Shown piece after piece: positions 20,481 through 31,292 of a stretch of 64,000 nucleotides of DNA (position 1 is its first letter; the number at the start of each line of letters is the position of its first letter). A program made the translations under genes and the position numbers. A model generated the notes under the pieces. It made no database searches. It had not been told where the DNA came from and was given only the letters and a program-made list of their open reading frames with translations. The stretch lies in contig JAYQTH010000002.1 of the NCBI GenBank assembly GCA_038147295.1, positions 741,850 through 805,849 on the forward strand, given 5' to 3'. This stretch comes from Gammaproteobacteria bacterium. Lineage in GTDB: Bacteria > Pseudomonadota > Gammaproteobacteria > Magnimaribacterales > TMED112.

Positions 20481-21059
20481 ATGAAGAAACCAACAGAAGC
20501 AGAAGTCCATGACGCAGTCCGTACAATGTTGGCTTGGGCTGGCGATGATCCATCAAGAGAGGGTTTAATTGAAACTCCAAAACGAGTTGCTGAAGCATAT
20601 AAAGAATTCTTTGCTGGCTATGAGACTGATCCTGAGGAAATTTTAGAAAAGACATTTGAAGAAGTTGAAGGCTACGATGAAATGGTACTAGTCAAAGACA
20701 TTAGAGTTGAATCTCATTGTGAACATCATATGCTACCCATAATTGGAAAGGCACATGTAGCTTATATTCCAACTAATCGTGTAGTTGGGATAAGCAAATT
20801 AGCAAGAATTGTTGATGTTTATGGTAAAAGATTGCAAACACAAGAAACAATGACAGCACAAATTGCAAATGCCATACAAAAAGTTTTGAAGCCAAAAGGT
20901 GTGGCGGTTGTTATTGATGCCTATCATCAGTGTATGTCCACCAGAGGTGTTCACAAGACTGAATCCTCAACAGTAACAAGTTCAATGAAGGGTGTATTTA
21001 ACGATAACGTTCGTACAAGAAATGAATTTTTAAATCTAATTCGTCTGCCCAAGATTTAA
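20481..21059 (+). CDS. folE: GTP cyclohydrolase I
   Basis: 192 aa with [18 protein letters not shown] and RLQTQE. Confidence 0.95.
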   Translation: MKKPTEAEVHDAVRTMLAWAGDDPSREGLIETPKRVAEAYKEFFAGYETDPEEILEKTFEEVEGYDEMVLVKDIRVESHCEHHMLPIIGKAHVAYIPTNRVVGISKLARIVDVYGKRLQTQETMTAQIANAIQKVLKPKGVAVVIDAYHQCMSTRGVHKTESSTVTSSMKGVFNDNVRTRNEFLNLIRLPKI

Positions 21060-21066
21060 TTTAATC

Positions 21067-21633
21067 TTGAAAATAGTCTTAGCATCAAATTCCGAGATAA
21101 GAAGAAAGATTGCTTCTACCTTTAGTTCAGATATTGTATTTACATCTCCTACAATCAATGAAGAACAGCTAAAAAAACAATTAGGTGATCTTGCTCCTAA
21201 TGATTTATGTTATGAGCTAGCTAAAGCTAAGGCTCTAAGCGTATCTGATTATGAAGATCACATAATATTGGGCTGCGACCAAATCTGTCTATTAGAAGAG
21301 AAGATTTATTCAAAACCTTTAAATAGTGAGGCTGCATTTAATCAATTAATGGAACTGAGCAACAAAACTCATTTTTTGATCGGCAGTTATGTTTTTTGTA
21401 AAAACAAAGAAGTCATCTATGAAGAGCAAGTAACAAGTGAAATGGTAATGAGATCATTATCAAAACAAGAAATTAAGGACTACATAAAATTAGATGAACC
21501 ATATAATTCATGTGGGGCATATAAGTTTGAAGAAAATGGATATAAACTTTTTAACAGTGTAACTGGAACTTTAGAAGCCATAAATGGGTTACCAATTGAA
21601 CATTTATTAAAGAATTTTAACGAACATGTATAG
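21067..21633 (+). CDS. maf: Maf-like nucleoside-triphosphate pyrophosphatase
   Basis: 188 aa with IVLASNSEIRR, LGCDQ and GAYKFEENG. The start is TTG. Confidence 0.85.
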   Translation: MKIVLASNSEIRRKIASTFSSDIVFTSPTINEEQLKKQLGDLAPNDLCYELAKAKALSVSDYEDHIILGCDQICLLEEKIYSKPLNSEAAFNQLMELSNKTHFLIGSYVFCKNKEVIYEEQVTSEMVMRSLSKQEIKDYIKLDEPYNSCGAYKFEENGYKLFNSVTGTLEAINGLPIEHLLKNFNEHV

Positions 21634-22060
21634 AGTCACAAAAAAATTTGGTCATGACAGAGGTTACTCCTGTGCATTTCGCCAATGGAATGCACAATCG
21701 GATTGTAAATATATTCATGGCTATAGTTTGGCTTTTGAAGTTGGATTATCTGCAAACCAATTAAATGAGCAAAACTGGGTTTATGATTTTGGTAATTTTA
21801 ATTTCCTAAAAGAATGGTTGCAAAATAACTTTGATCATAAATTAATTCTTGCACAAGATGATCCTGAATTAGATGAGTTAGTAAAGCTTAATCAGGTTTC
21901 CGCTAATATTGTCATTGTGCCAAGAATAAGTTGCGAAGCATTTGCTCAAATGACGTATGATTTTATTGATGATCATATCAAATCTTTAGGACATAAAATT
22001 ATGGTTGAATACGTTACTGTTTCAGAACATCAAGCAAATAGTGCGACATACAGTAAATGA
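21626..22060 (+). CDS. 6-pyruvoyl-tetrahydropterin synthase/QueD-family protein
   Basis: 144 aa with FGHDRGYSCAFRQW, CKYIHGY and DHK.IL. It lies next to folE. I cannot decide from sequence whether it serves queuosine or folate synthesis (PTPS-III-like). Confidence 0.75.
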   Translation: MYRVTKKFGHDRGYSCAFRQWNAQSDCKYIHGYSLAFEVGLSANQLNEQNWVYDFGNFNFLKEWLQNNFDHKLILAQDDPELDELVKLNQVSANIVIVPRISCEAFAQMTYDFIDDHIKSLGHKIMVEYVTVSEHQANSATYSK

Positions 22061-23388
22061 CAATGAAACTATACAACAGTCTTACTAAAACAAAAGAAGA
22101 TTTTGTACCGATTGATAAGGAGCACATACGAATTTATTTTTGTGGGCCAACCGTATACAACAAATTGCATGTCGGAAATTTCAGAGCTGCTTTAGTAGGA
22201 GATTTGCTTTCAAAAGTCCTTAAAGGCATATACCCAAAAGTTACTTATGTATCCAATATTACAGATATTGATGACAAAATTATTGCTGCTAGCAATGAAG
22301 CAAAATTATCGATCGATGAGTTAACCAACAAATATTTCCAACAATACATTGATGATTCTTCTTTGCTTGGAATTTCTGCTCCCGATATACAACCTTTTGC
22401 AACTGACTTTATACCATCCATGATAAGTTTTATTGAAGTTTTGCTGGATAAAGATGCTGCTTATGAAGTGAATGGTAACGTTTTATTTGATACCACTACA
22501 TTTTCACAGTATGGAGTTTTATCGGATAGAAAACTCGAAGATCAAATTAAAGGGTCTCGTATTAAAGTTGAATCATATAAGAAGAATTCAAATGATTTTA
22601 TATTATGGAAACCGTCTTTAGATAATGAACCAGGTTGGGAATCTCCTTGGGGCATTGGGAGACCAGGATGGCATCTAGAATGTTCTGTAATGTCACAAGA
22701 GACACTATCAGTACCCTTTGACATCCATGGAGGTGGGAATGATCTTAAATTTCCGCATCACGATAATGAAATTGCTCAAACTTGTGGCTTTCATGGGACA
22801 AATAATCCAACATCATTTGCTAAGTATTGGGTACACAATGGATTTTTAAACTTGCAAAATGAGAAAATGTCAAAATCTGAGGGCAACGTTATTTACTTAG
22901 ACGATTTATTAACTGATTTTAAAGGAAACGAAATACGACTTGCCCTGTTATCTTCACACTACAGACAACCCATACCCTGGTCTCAAACATTGCTAACACA
23001 ATCGGCTTCAATCCATAAAAAAATATGCTCTAAGCTTCAAAACTTTGATCATATTGAACCTGCGTTCCATCTTGATTCTAAAGTTGGAGAGTGTCTTTTA
23101 GATGACTTAAATACCCCTCTTGCACTGTCTGTGTTTCAAGAGGAAATAGCTAACGATCATCAAAACATCGACCGAGAAGTAGCAACATATAAATATATAT
23201 TTGAGGGTTCGAATCAAGATAATTCAATTTCTGTTGAGGAAATTAAACTAATTGAGCAATTGATTACACAGAGAAATCAAGCAAGAAAAAATGGCAATTA
23301 TGAAGAAGCTGATAAAATTAGAGATAAATTGGATAAAATGAAGGTCTCTATTAAAGATATTGATGGTAAAACTGAATGGACGAAATAA
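22057..23388 (+). CDS. cysS: Cysteinyl-tRNA synthetase
   Basis: 443 aa with the class I HVGN (HIGH) motif, KMSKS, and WHLEC...HGGG.DL.FPHH. Confidence 0.95.
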   Translation: MTMKLYNSLTKTKEDFVPIDKEHIRIYFCGPTVYNKLHVGNFRAALVGDLLSKVLKGIYPKVTYVSNITDIDDKIIAASNEAKLSIDELTNKYFQQYIDDSSLLGISAPDIQPFATDFIPSMISFIEVLLDKDAAYEVNGNVLFDTTTFSQYGVLSDRKLEDQIKGSRIKVESYKKNSNDFILWKPSLDNEPGWESPWGIGRPGWHLECSVMSQETLSVPFDIHGGGNDLKFPHHDNEIAQTCGFHGTNNPTSFAKYWVHNGFLNLQNEKMSKSEGNVIYLDDLLTDFKGNEIRLALLSSHYRQPIPWSQTLLTQSASIHKKICSKLQNFDHIEPAFHLDSKVGECLLDDLNTPLALSVFQEEIANDHQNIDREVATYKYIFEGSNQDNSISVEEIKLIEQLITQRNQARKNGNYEEADKIRDKLDKMKVSIKDIDGKTEWTK

Positions 23389-25319
23389 ATATAAAGCTAC
23401 CTGATGGCTCAACTAAACAGTTGCCTCAACATTCAAATGGCTTAGATTTAGCAAAAAGTATTGGTGAAAGACTAGCCAATGATTCTATTGCTGTGCTGGT
23501 CAATGGAACACAACAGGATTTACTAGATCAACTTAATGATAATGACGAAGTATCAATTATTACTAAAAATACTCCCGAGGGCCTTGAGATTATGCGTCAC
23601 ACACTGACAGCTCAGGTTCTTGCATCAGCCATAAAAAACCTTTATCCCAAAGCACAATTAGCTATTGGGCCTACTATTAATGATGGATTTTATTACGATT
23701 TCTTAAGTCCAGAGAGTATTTCAATTGATGATTTACCAAAGATTGAGCAAGAAATGTTGAGCATCATAAGTAGCGGCTCCGATATAACCAAAACACTACA
23801 CACAAAAAAATCAGCTATTAAAGAATTCACTAATATCAATGAACCATTTAAAGCTGAAATAATTGCCGAATCGGAACAAAAAGACAATTTTCAAATTTAT
23901 CTTCAAGAGGAAAGTGGATTTATTGATCTGTGCCGAGGACCTCATTTAAGAAACTTAAAACAGATAGGACATTTTAAGTTGACAAAGGTTTCAGGGGCTT
24001 ACTGGAAAGGAGATGCCAACAACACCATGCTTACAAGAATTTATGGAACCGCATGGAATAGCAAAAAAGAGCTAGATGCTTATCTCAAACAAATTGAAGA
24101 AGCTGAATTAAGAGACCATCGAAAAATTGGTAAAGATTTGAAACTCTTTCACTTTCAAGACGATGCTCCAGGCATGGTATTTTGGCATCCAGATGGTTGG
24201 AAAATATATACTGAACTTGAAAGATACGTTAGAAAGATGCAATCAGATTACAACTATCAAGAAATTAAAACACCACAAGTAGTTGATAGAAAATTATGGG
24301 AAAAATCAGGGCATTGGGATAAATACCGAGAAAATATGTTTATTACTGAAATAGATGAACAGCATGCGAATGATAAGCGTACCAATGCTCTTAAACCAAT
24401 GAATTGCCCATGTCATGTTCAAATTTACAATCACGAACTTAGGTCCTATAGGGACCTGCCGTTAAGACTTGCAGAATTTGGTTCATGTCATAGATACGAA
24501 CCATCTGGCACAATGCATGGTTTAATGAGAGTTAGAGGTTTCACTCAAGACGATGGTCATATCTTCTGTACTGAAGATCAAATAATGCAAGAGACAGAAA
24601 AGTTTATAGAACTTTTATCAAAAATATATTCTGATCTTGGATTTAATAAATTCGATATAAAACTTTCAACACGTCCAGAAAATCGCGTTGGATCTGATGA
24701 AATTTGGGACAAGGCGGAAAAATCATTGGAAGATGCCATTAAGCACCTTGAGCTTAATTATGAAATTGATGAAGGCGATGGAGCATTTTATGGTCCTAAA
24801 CTTGATTTTGTTCTTACTGATGCTATTGGTAGAAAGTGGCAATGTGGTACTTTTCAAGCAGATTTTAATCTTCCAACTAGATTAGAAGCTACTTACATTG
24901 GCGAAGATGGCAATAAACACGTCCCAGTAATGATGCACAGAGCCATACTTGGGTCGTTTGAACGCTTTATTGGGATTTTAACTGAAAACTACAGTGGGAA
25001 TTTCCCCCTTTGGTTGGCACCCGTTCAAGTTGTTATTTGTACGATTACATCAGAGGCCGATGACTATGCCAAATCACTGGGCGAATTGTTAAATAACGCT
25101 AATATAAGAGCGCAGCTGGACACTAGGAATGAACAAATTAGCTATAAAATACGTGAACATAGTGAATTAAAAAGACCAATTATCATCGCACTTGGGAAAA
25201 ATGAAGTCTCAAATAAAACAGTTTCGATACGAAGGCTGGGCTCAACCAAAACCGAATCTATAAACACAAAAGACTTCTTAACATCTATAGTTGAAGAGGC
25301 CAAGTCTCCATTGGATTGA
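23376..25319 (+). CDS. thrS: Threonyl-tRNA synthetase
   Basis: 647 aa. The N-terminal TGS domain begins IKLPDGS. Class II motifs include [28 protein letters not shown] and MHRA.LGS.ERF. Confidence 0.95.
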   Translation: MDEINIKLPDGSTKQLPQHSNGLDLAKSIGERLANDSIAVLVNGTQQDLLDQLNDNDEVSIITKNTPEGLEIMRHTLTAQVLASAIKNLYPKAQLAIGPTINDGFYYDFLSPESISIDDLPKIEQEMLSIISSGSDITKTLHTKKSAIKEFTNINEPFKAEIIAESEQKDNFQIYLQEESGFIDLCRGPHLRNLKQIGHFKLTKVSGAYWKGDANNTMLTRIYGTAWNSKKELDAYLKQIEEAELRDHRKIGKDLKLFHFQDDAPGMVFWHPDGWKIYTELERYVRKMQSDYNYQEIKTPQVVDRKLWEKSGHWDKYRENMFITEIDEQHANDKRTNALKPMNCPCHVQIYNHELRSYRDLPLRLAEFGSCHRYEPSGTMHGLMRVRGFTQDDGHIFCTEDQIMQETEKFIELLSKIYSDLGFNKFDIKLSTRPENRVGSDEIWDKAEKSLEDAIKHLELNYEIDEGDGAFYGPKLDFVLTDAIGRKWQCGTFQADFNLPTRLEATYIGEDGNKHVPVMMHRAILGSFERFIGILTENYSGNFPLWLAPVQVVICTITSEADDYAKSLGELLNNANIRAQLDTRNEQISYKIREHSELKRPIIIALGKNEVSNKTVSIRRLGSTKTESINTKDFLTSIVEEAKSPLD

Positions 25320-25540
25320 TGTCCAAACTTATTAACTTCATCTTTATTTTACCTATTAAGATTTATCAAATATTACTGTCTCCATTGATTGGACCTAGCT
25401 GTAGATTTAACCCAACCTGTTCTCACTATGCAATACAAGCAATTACCAAATATGGTGCTTTAAAGGGTTTGTATCTTGCTTTAAAAAGAATTATCAGGTG
25501 TCATCCTTGGGGTGAATCAGGAAACGATCCAGTGCCTTAA
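25316..25540 (+). CDS. yidD: Membrane protein insertion efficiency factor YidD
   Basis: 74 aa with YQ..LSP......CRF.PTCS.YA..A....G...G..L...RI.RCHP. Confidence 0.9.
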   Translation: MMSKLINFIFILPIKIYQILLSPLIGPSCRFNPTCSHYAIQAITKYGALKGLYLALKRIIRCHPWGESGNDPVP

Positions 25541-26850
25541 ATATGAAATTCAATAGGCTTATTTGCTTTATTAATTAGTTCACCTTCTCTCATGATTGTT
25601 TGCCCACGTATGATTGTCATTACAGGAAAACCAGTAACTTTTTTATTATCGTAAGGCGTCCATTTAGACTTTGAGGCTTGTTCATCATTCGTAATAATGT
25701 GTGTCAATTTAGGATCTACTATAGTGAAATCAGCATCATACTTCTCTCTAATAAAACATTTATTTTTGATTTTATGAACTCTTGAAGGACCATAAGCCAT
25801 CAGGTCCACTAACCGCTCATAGGACAGTCTGCCTTCATGAACATGATTTAACATTATTGGAATAAGTGTCTGCACTCCAGGTGTACCACTTGGCGTATTT
25901 GGGTAGATTCCATTTTTTTCATCTAAGGTATGTGGTGCATGATCTGATGCAACTATATCGATGGTTCCATCGCTTACTGCCTGCCACAAAGCATCCTGGT
26001 GTTCTTTTTCTCTAATTGGTGGATTTTGTTGAGCAAGAGTACCATAAAGCTCATAACAATCAGGTGCATGGAGTGTTAAATGATTAGCTAGCACCTCAGC
26101 ACTTGCAACCGATTTATGATTTCTTAGAAAAGCCATTTCTTCTTTGGTTGTCAGGTGAAGAATATGAACACGTCTATTGTGTTTGGTCGCCAATGCAACA
26201 ATGCGTTTAGTTGCACTTAAACAACTTTCAACGCTTCGCCATTTATTATGCATAGCAACATCATTGCTATCACCAAGGATAGTAATTTTGTTTGCGTTCA
26301 TTATGTGTTCATCTTCAGCGTGCACTGCTATAACTCTTTGACCATTTTTCACTATCAATTCGATTTCTTCATCTGTGGCAGATAGTAGATTACCTGTGCT
26401 TGCTCCCATAAAAATCTTAATACCACATACACCAGGCAGATTCTCCCAATCTACAAGTTGCGATGAATTTTGAGCTGTGCCACCAAAATAAAAGGCAAAA
26501 TCAACATGAGAGGTTTCTATGGCTTTATTGATCTTAAAATCCATGGCTTCAGGTGTAACCGTTAGAGGATTGGTATTTGGCATCTCAAATATACCAGTAA
26601 CTCCTCCTAATGCTGCAGATTTAGTGCCAGTTTCTAATGTTTCTTTATGCTCACCACCAGGTTCTCTAAAATGACATTGTGTATCTATTAGGCCTGGGAA
26701 AATAAATAAGTTAGAGCAGTCTATAATTTGGTCAGCTAAATTGAATGAACCAAATCCAACAATTTTTTCATTTTTTACAGCAACATCAGTAATTTCCCTT
26801 TTATCTGGAAAAAAAACAGTTCCATTTTTTAGAATCAGGTCGTATGACAT
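25537..26850 (-). CDS. pyrC: Dihydroorotase (long, multifunctional-complex type)
   Basis: 437 aa with [19 protein letters not shown], and IVASDHAPH. Confidence 0.9.
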   Translation of the reverse strand: MSYDLILKNGTVFFPDKREITDVAVKNEKIVGFGSFNLADQIIDCSNLFIFPGLIDTQCHFREPGGEHKETLETGTKSAALGGVTGIFEMPNTNPLTVTPEAMDFKINKAIETSHVDFAFYFGGTAQNSSQLVDWENLPGVCGIKIFMGASTGNLLSATDEEIELIVKNGQRVIAVHAEDEHIMNANKITILGDSNDVAMHNKWRSVESCLSATKRIVALATKHNRRVHILHLTTKEEMAFLRNHKSVASAEVLANHLTLHAPDCYELYGTLAQQNPPIREKEHQDALWQAVSDGTIDIVASDHAPHTLDEKNGIYPNTPSGTPGVQTLIPIMLNHVHEGRLSYERLVDLMAYGPSRVHKIKNKCFIREKYDADFTIVDPKLTHIITNDEQASKSKWTPYDNKKVTGFPVMTIIRGQTIMREGELINKANKPIEFHI

Positions 26851-26858
26851 TTTGTGAA

Positions 26859-27305
26859 TTATAACTTTGATTCCCTTTTATCACGAAAAAAAGAGGACAA
26901 TAAATCAGCAGTTTCTTTCTCATAAATATGAGAAACATGGTTCATTGGTTTTAAATTATCCTGTGTACCATTGATTATGCCCCCACCCTTTTGATCTTCG
27001 GCACCAAAATATAAAGTATTAAAATGGCATTTTTTTATTGCATAAGCGCACATGGGGCAAGGTTCAATCGTTACATATATATCGCAATTGTTTAACCTGT
27101 TGGTATGGAGTAGTTCTAGGGCTTGATCAATAACAATTAATTCAGCATGCCCTACCGGTGAATCAGAATTTGCAGCTTTGGCAATTATTTCATTAGTTAA
27201 TGTGTCAACTATTAATGCTGCAATTGGTATTTGATTTTTTTTAAGGTTATTTTTCGCTTCTGTTATCACCAAGCGCATGTTTGCATAGACATTAGCACTA
27301 AGCAT
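26859..27305 (-). CDS. tadA: tRNA adenosine(34) deaminase
   Basis: 148 aa with the HAELIVI and PCPMCAYAI zinc motifs. Confidence 0.9.
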   Translation of the reverse strand: MLSANVYANMRLVITEAKNNLKKNQIPIAALIVDTLTNEIIAKAANSDSPVGHAELIVIDQALELLHTNRLNNCDIYVTIEPCPMCAYAIKKCHFNTLYFGAEDQKGGGIINGTQDNLKPMNHVSHIYEKETADLLSSFFRDKRESKL

Positions 27306-27930
27306 TTACAAGAAACGGATTTGTTTGTCGCTCAATACCAATATTGGTTGGTGCTCCATGACCGGAATAAACTTTGTAATCATCATCAAGGGTTAATAAG
27401 TTACTTTTTATGGATTCAAGTAAATCTTGATGGTTTCCTCTGGGTAAATCAGTACGCCCTATAGAACCTTGAAATAGCACATCACCAGCAATGATAATCC
27501 TAGAATTATGATTAATTAATACAATATGGCCTGGAGTGTGTCCTGGACAGTGAGCAATCTCTAGTTCTTGATTACCAAATGTTAGTTTCTCGCCATGTTC
27601 TAACCATCTATTAGGCTCAAATACCTGTGCTGCAATGCCATACATTTGACCCTGTAGTTCTAATGAATCTAGTAAGAATTTATCAGCTTTGTGTGGTCCA
27701 ACAATATCAATATTTAAAATTTGAGCTATTTTTTTAGTGCCACCAGCATGATCTATATGCCCATGCGTTAAGACTATGTATTTGATATTGAGATTGTTGG
27801 TTTTTGCAACATCTAAAAGCTTTTCAACTTCATCGCCAGGGTCAACCAAAATAGCATCGGATGTATCTTCACAAGCAAGTATTGGGGCATTTTGAAGAAA
27901 TGGTGATATTGGTGTTTCAATCACACGCAT
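27298..27930 (-). CDS. MBL-fold metallohydrolase (glyoxalase-II/YcbL-like)
   Basis: LTHGHIDHAGG, CPGHTPGH and GDVLF.GSIGRTD. I placed the start at MRVIETPI (27930) to avoid a 32-nt overlap with the upstream permease. The track start is 27966. Confidence 0.8.
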   Translation of the reverse strand: MRVIETPISPFLQNAPILACEDTSDAILVDPGDEVEKLLDVAKTNNLNIKYIVLTHGHIDHAGGTKKIAQILNIDIVGPHKADKFLLDSLELQGQMYGIAAQVFEPNRWLEHGEKLTFGNQELEIAHCPGHTPGHIVLINHNSRIIIAGDVLFQGSIGRTDLPRGNHQDLLESIKSNLLTLDDDYKVYSGHGAPTNIGIERQTNPFLVNA

Positions 27931-27934
27931 AGTT

Positions 27935-29167
27935 TTAAGATCTAAAGATGATGCGTTCATCATCAAACATTACGTAAGTAAGGTAGATGGCCACTAACGA
28001 ATATAGTACCGTTGATCCTAGAGTAACTCCATATAGCATCCAATTAATGTTTTCTGCAATCAATGCATTGGTATGCAATGCTAAACTATAGCAAGGAATC
28101 AAGGCCCCAATCATATCTATCTCTAGTCCAGGATTTATTAAAGGCAAGTAAGCTGGGGCAAAAAATACTAGCATTACATTGCCCAACAATAAGCCAGCCT
28201 CTTTGGGATTTTTTGAATAGACTGAAATTGCCAGCATTAAAGCTCCCATAAATATACTTAGAGGTATTAAGAGGATAAATATTCCTAAAATAGCCACAGG
28301 GTTAACAATAGCCGCAACAATATTGAAGAACGCCTCTGGTAGGTTATCGCCAAAATATAAAAACACTATAAGCAGTGGCACAATAAATCCAAGTGTTGAA
28401 AATATGGCTGTAATGACAGCTGATCCGGTTATCGCAAACATCTTACCGATAATTATTTCTAATGAGGAAATATTGGTAGAAATTAATGTTTCCATAGTTC
28501 CACGCTCTTTTTCTCCTGCACCTAAATCAATGGCTGGATACATTGAGCCCTGTAAAATATAAGCAATAAATAAAAAGGCAATAAGTGCACCTATAATGGT
28601 CCCTGCAAATTCTTTGTCAGTTGTTAAATCGTTTTCATTTATCACAAGTGGTTCAAGAAATTCCTTCTCAATTCCTAACTTATCTATTCGTTCTTGGAGC
28701 ATTAAATCTTCGTAAACAGACACATTGTTCATTAATAAGGATTTAGCCTGCGAAAAAGTATCAAGATCTTTAGAAAAAATATTTATTTCAGTTTGATTTG
28801 TAGATATATCAGATTGATTAAGTGGATTCGGGAAACTTATTGCTATATCGATTTCATCGTTTTCCATTGCCAATACCAACTCCTCTTCACCATCAAAGAG
28901 ATTTAAGTTAAAGCGTTCTGTATTCGATAATTCAGAATAAAGCTCATTATTTATGTCGCCTTGGTAACCAAGATCGTAGATTTTTACACTTTCCTCTTGT
29001 GCTACAGAACCCATATACCAGACAATCGCTCCTATTAAAAGTGGTGTTATAAAAGTAGGCACAACAACAGTTTGGACAATCGTTTTTGTATCTCTAAACA
29101 GATGTCTAATTTCCTTGAGTACAAGAATTTGCCACTTAGCCACTAGTAATCTCCGTGAATATTTCAT
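27935..29167 (-). CDS. ABC-2-type transporter permease (NatB-like)
   Basis: The architecture is an N-terminal TM, a ~150-aa extracytoplasmic insert, then five C-terminal TM helices. It follows the ATPase gene. The start is uncertain: ATG at 29167 (MKYSRRLL) or GTG at 29143 (GTGGCTAA overlap). The track start at 29245 lies deep inside the ATPase gene. Confidence 0.7.
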   Translation of the reverse strand: MKYSRRLLVAKWQILVLKEIRHLFRDTKTIVQTVVVPTFITPLLIGAIVWYMGSVAQEESVKIYDLGYQGDINNELYSELSNTERFNLNLFDGEEELVLAMENDEIDIAISFPNPLNQSDISTNQTEINIFSKDLDTFSQAKSLLMNNVSVYEDLMLQERIDKLGIEKEFLEPLVINENDLTTDKEFAGTIIGALIAFLFIAYILQGSMYPAIDLGAGEKERGTMETLISTNISSLEIIIGKMFAITGSAVITAIFSTLGFIVPLLIVFLYFGDNLPEAFFNIVAAIVNPVAILGIFILLIPLSIFMGALMLAISVYSKNPKEAGLLLGNVMLVFFAPAYLPLINPGLEIDMIGALIPCYSLALHTNALIAENINWMLYGVTLGSTVLYSLVAIYLTYVMFDDERIIFRS

Positions 29168-29894
29168 TGAAACTATGGTTAGGTTTTTTTGCTTGGTACT
29201 CTGAAGTGGTGCCATCAAACAACTTTTTACCTTTAGCCATAACAACTATTTTATCTGCTATGTCTTTAACCTCACCTAGTTGGTGCGTTGAAAAGATTAT
29301 GGTTTTACCTTGTTGCTTGATTGAATTGACTAGGTCCATAATGATTGATTGTCCTGTGATATCAACACCAGTTGTTGGCTCGTCTAATATGACGACATCT
29401 GGATCATGTATTAAAGTCCTAACAATTGAAGTTTTTTGTTTCATGCCTGTACTCAAATCAGCAATTTTTTTATTTAAATACTCATCCATATCTAGCTGAT
29501 TAAATAACTCATCAGCTCTTTTTTTATAGGTTTCTACCGGTATTTGGTTAAGTTCAGCAAAAAACTTAATGGTTTCAATTACAGTCAATCGATCGTACAA
29601 CGATGTGTTATTGGTCATGTAGCCAATATTGGACTTTACTTTATGTTTATCTGCTCTGACGTCAATATTGTTAACAATAGCCGTACCTGAAGATGGCTCT
29701 AGCATTCCTGCTATCATGCGAAGTGTTGTCGTTTTACCACAACCATTGGGTCCTAATATGCTTAAAACTTGACCTTTGTCTAGAGTAAAAGACATATCGT
29801 TGACGGCAAAGAAAGGCTCTTTAATAGCGCTAAACAATCCTTTTTTGCCAGTATCGGCTTTAAAGGATTTATATAAGTTGCGAACTTCTATCAT
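29136..29894 (-). CDS. ABC transporter ATP-binding protein (NatA-like)
   Basis: 252 aa with Walker A GPNGCGKTT, signature LSTGMKQK, Walker B VVILDEP and the H-loop STHQ. Confidence 0.9.
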   Translation of the reverse strand: MIEVRNLYKSFKADTGKKGLFSAIKEPFFAVNDMSFTLDKGQVLSILGPNGCGKTTTLRMIAGMLEPSSGTAIVNNIDVRADKHKVKSNIGYMTNNTSLYDRLTVIETIKFFAELNQIPVETYKKRADELFNQLDMDEYLNKKIADLSTGMKQKTSIVRTLIHDPDVVILDEPTTGVDITGQSIIMDLVNSIKQQGKTIIFSTHQLGEVKDIADKIVVMAKGKKLFDGTTSEYQAKKPNHSFNEIFTEITSG

Positions 29895-30445
29895 GCAAGG
29901 TCTTTAGTTACCTTTCTAAATATAGCTAAAAAAATTATTACTACAAGCGCGCCAATAATATCTCCCATTACAAATCTAATACTTATCAGTGGTGCAGCTT
30001 CACCATCACCAAAAGTTGGATAATAGGCACCATTAGCAAGACCATTAAACAACGCAGAGAAAATAATAAAAATAACTAAATGCTTCCAGTTTGTATTTTG
30101 CAGATTGCCAAATGGTTTTAATTCTGCATCCAGTAGTTTAAAGAAGCCCCATGTAATAGCGATTGCGGAAGAGCTTATAACAACACCCATTCCGGTTCTA
30201 TCAAAAATCTCAAAAGGCCAAATATAAAACCAACAAATGTATTCAGCAATGATTATGCCAAGCAGTGCCCAGGGTCCAAAATACACCACAGGCAGAACTC
30301 TTGCAGCATGAGGCAGAAACAAGAGACTACCAAGAGCAAGAGTGTTTGAAGATAACTCAACAGGGACAATAAAAATAGTCCAAATAACAAACAAAAATAA
30401 ATAAAAGACAATGGTCATACTGAGGATTTCAAAGATTTTATACAT
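29891..30445 (-). CDS. Uncharacterised 6-TM membrane protein, paralog B
   Basis: 184 aa, collinear with the upstream paralog. Shared blocks are FIVPVE/FIVPLE, GSLLFLPHAARVLPVVYFG/GSLLFLPAAGRILPVLFFG, LLDAE/YLDAE, NWKHLV.F/NWRHLV.F, LFNGL.NGAYY/LLNGLFDGAFY and PLISIRFVMGD/PLISLRFFVGD. The start overlaps the upstream stop. Confidence 0.6.
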   Translation of the reverse strand: MYKIFEILSMTIVFYLFLFVIWTIFIVPVELSSNTLALGSLLFLPHAARVLPVVYFGPWALLGIIIAEYICWFYIWPFEIFDRTGMGVVISSSAIAITWGFFKLLDAELKPFGNLQNTNWKHLVIFIIFSALFNGLANGAYYPTFGDGEAAPLISIRFVMGDIIGALVVIIFLAIFRKVTKDLA

Positions 30446-30996
30446 TAGTTCCTTTTTATATCAAACGCAGATATTATAAGCATACAGAATAGAAGTATAA
30501 AAATAGTCCCGGTGACATCACCTACAAAGAACCTTAGTGATATTAAAGGATTGATTGTATTCACAAAAGTTGAATAAAAAGCGCCATCAAACAAACCATT
30601 CAGCAGTGAGCAAAGCAGAATAAAAAGAACTAGATGTCGCCAATTGCTAAGCTTAAGTTTGCTATCAAATGAAATTTCAGCATCCAAGTATTTAAAAACA
30701 CCCCAAGCAACTAAGATAGCTAAAAAAGAAATTAATAAGCCTAAATTTCTGGCTTCGTACATATCGTATGGCCAGAGAAAATTCCAAGCAATTAGTGAAG
30801 ATAGGAACAGTGCTGGTATTGTTTTGATGCCAAAAAATAGCACAGGAAGAATCCTGCCTGCTGCAGGCAAAAAGAGAAGACTGCCAGAGGTTTGGAGAAA
30901 ATCTTGTTCAAGAGGAACAATAAAAGCAACCCAGAAAAAAAACGTAGTGAAATAAAATAAGCTAGCTATTGCGCTATCTCTGAGTAAAAAATTCAC
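30445..30996 (-). CDS. Uncharacterised 6-TM membrane protein, paralog A
   Basis: 183 aa with six predicted hydrophobic helices. See paralog B for the shared motifs. It abuts the wHTH gene stop with no gap. Confidence 0.6.
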   Translation of the reverse strand: MNFLLRDSAIASLFYFTTFFFWVAFIVPLEQDFLQTSGSLLFLPAAGRILPVLFFGIKTIPALFLSSLIAWNFLWPYDMYEARNLGLLISFLAILVAWGVFKYLDAEISFDSKLKLSNWRHLVLFILLCSLLNGLFDGAFYSTFVNTINPLISLRFFVGDVTGTIFILLFCMLIISAFDIKRN

Positions 30997-31284
30997 TTAA
31001 ATTTGTGTTTTTAGCAAGAAGGAACGTTTATCTTCGGTTGAGCTTTCAATTAAAAGAACATTTTTATGGACTAATTTACGAATTGTTTTGTAAACAGTTG
31101 AACGAGACTTGCCTGAAACTTCTACTGCTTTAAGCATTGAACATTTGCCCTTCTCTTCTATCTCTTGAATGATATCGAAGAAAATTGAAAACTCTGTTGG
31201 GTTAAAATCATCAATTCCTAAGTCAGTGCCCACGGAGTCGAGCATTTTATTAAGTTGTGAAATTTCTTTTGTTAGCTTGGACAT
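30997..31284 (-). CDS. Small winged-helix DNA-binding protein (truncated MarR-like)
   Basis: 95 aa. SGKSRSTVYKTIRKLVHKNVLLIESSTEDKRSFLL matches the MarR recognition-helix/wing pattern (S.V...I..L...GL......D.R). It lacks the usual C-terminal dimerisation helices. Confidence 0.6.
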   Translation of the reverse strand: MSKLTKEISQLNKMLDSVGTDLGIDDFNPTEFSIFFDIIQEIEEKGKCSMLKAVEVSGKSRSTVYKTIRKLVHKNVLLIESSTEDKRSFLLKTQI

Positions 31285-31292
31285 AATTAAAG

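Noticed and set aside
29155-29499. 114-aa plus-strand ORF, and similar antisense ORFs (for example 1218-1439, 47309-47614, 58717-59073, 60992-61297, 63581-63964)
   Set aside because: All lie wholly inside strongly supported genes on the opposite strand and give low-complexity or motif-free products. They are typical shadow ORFs.
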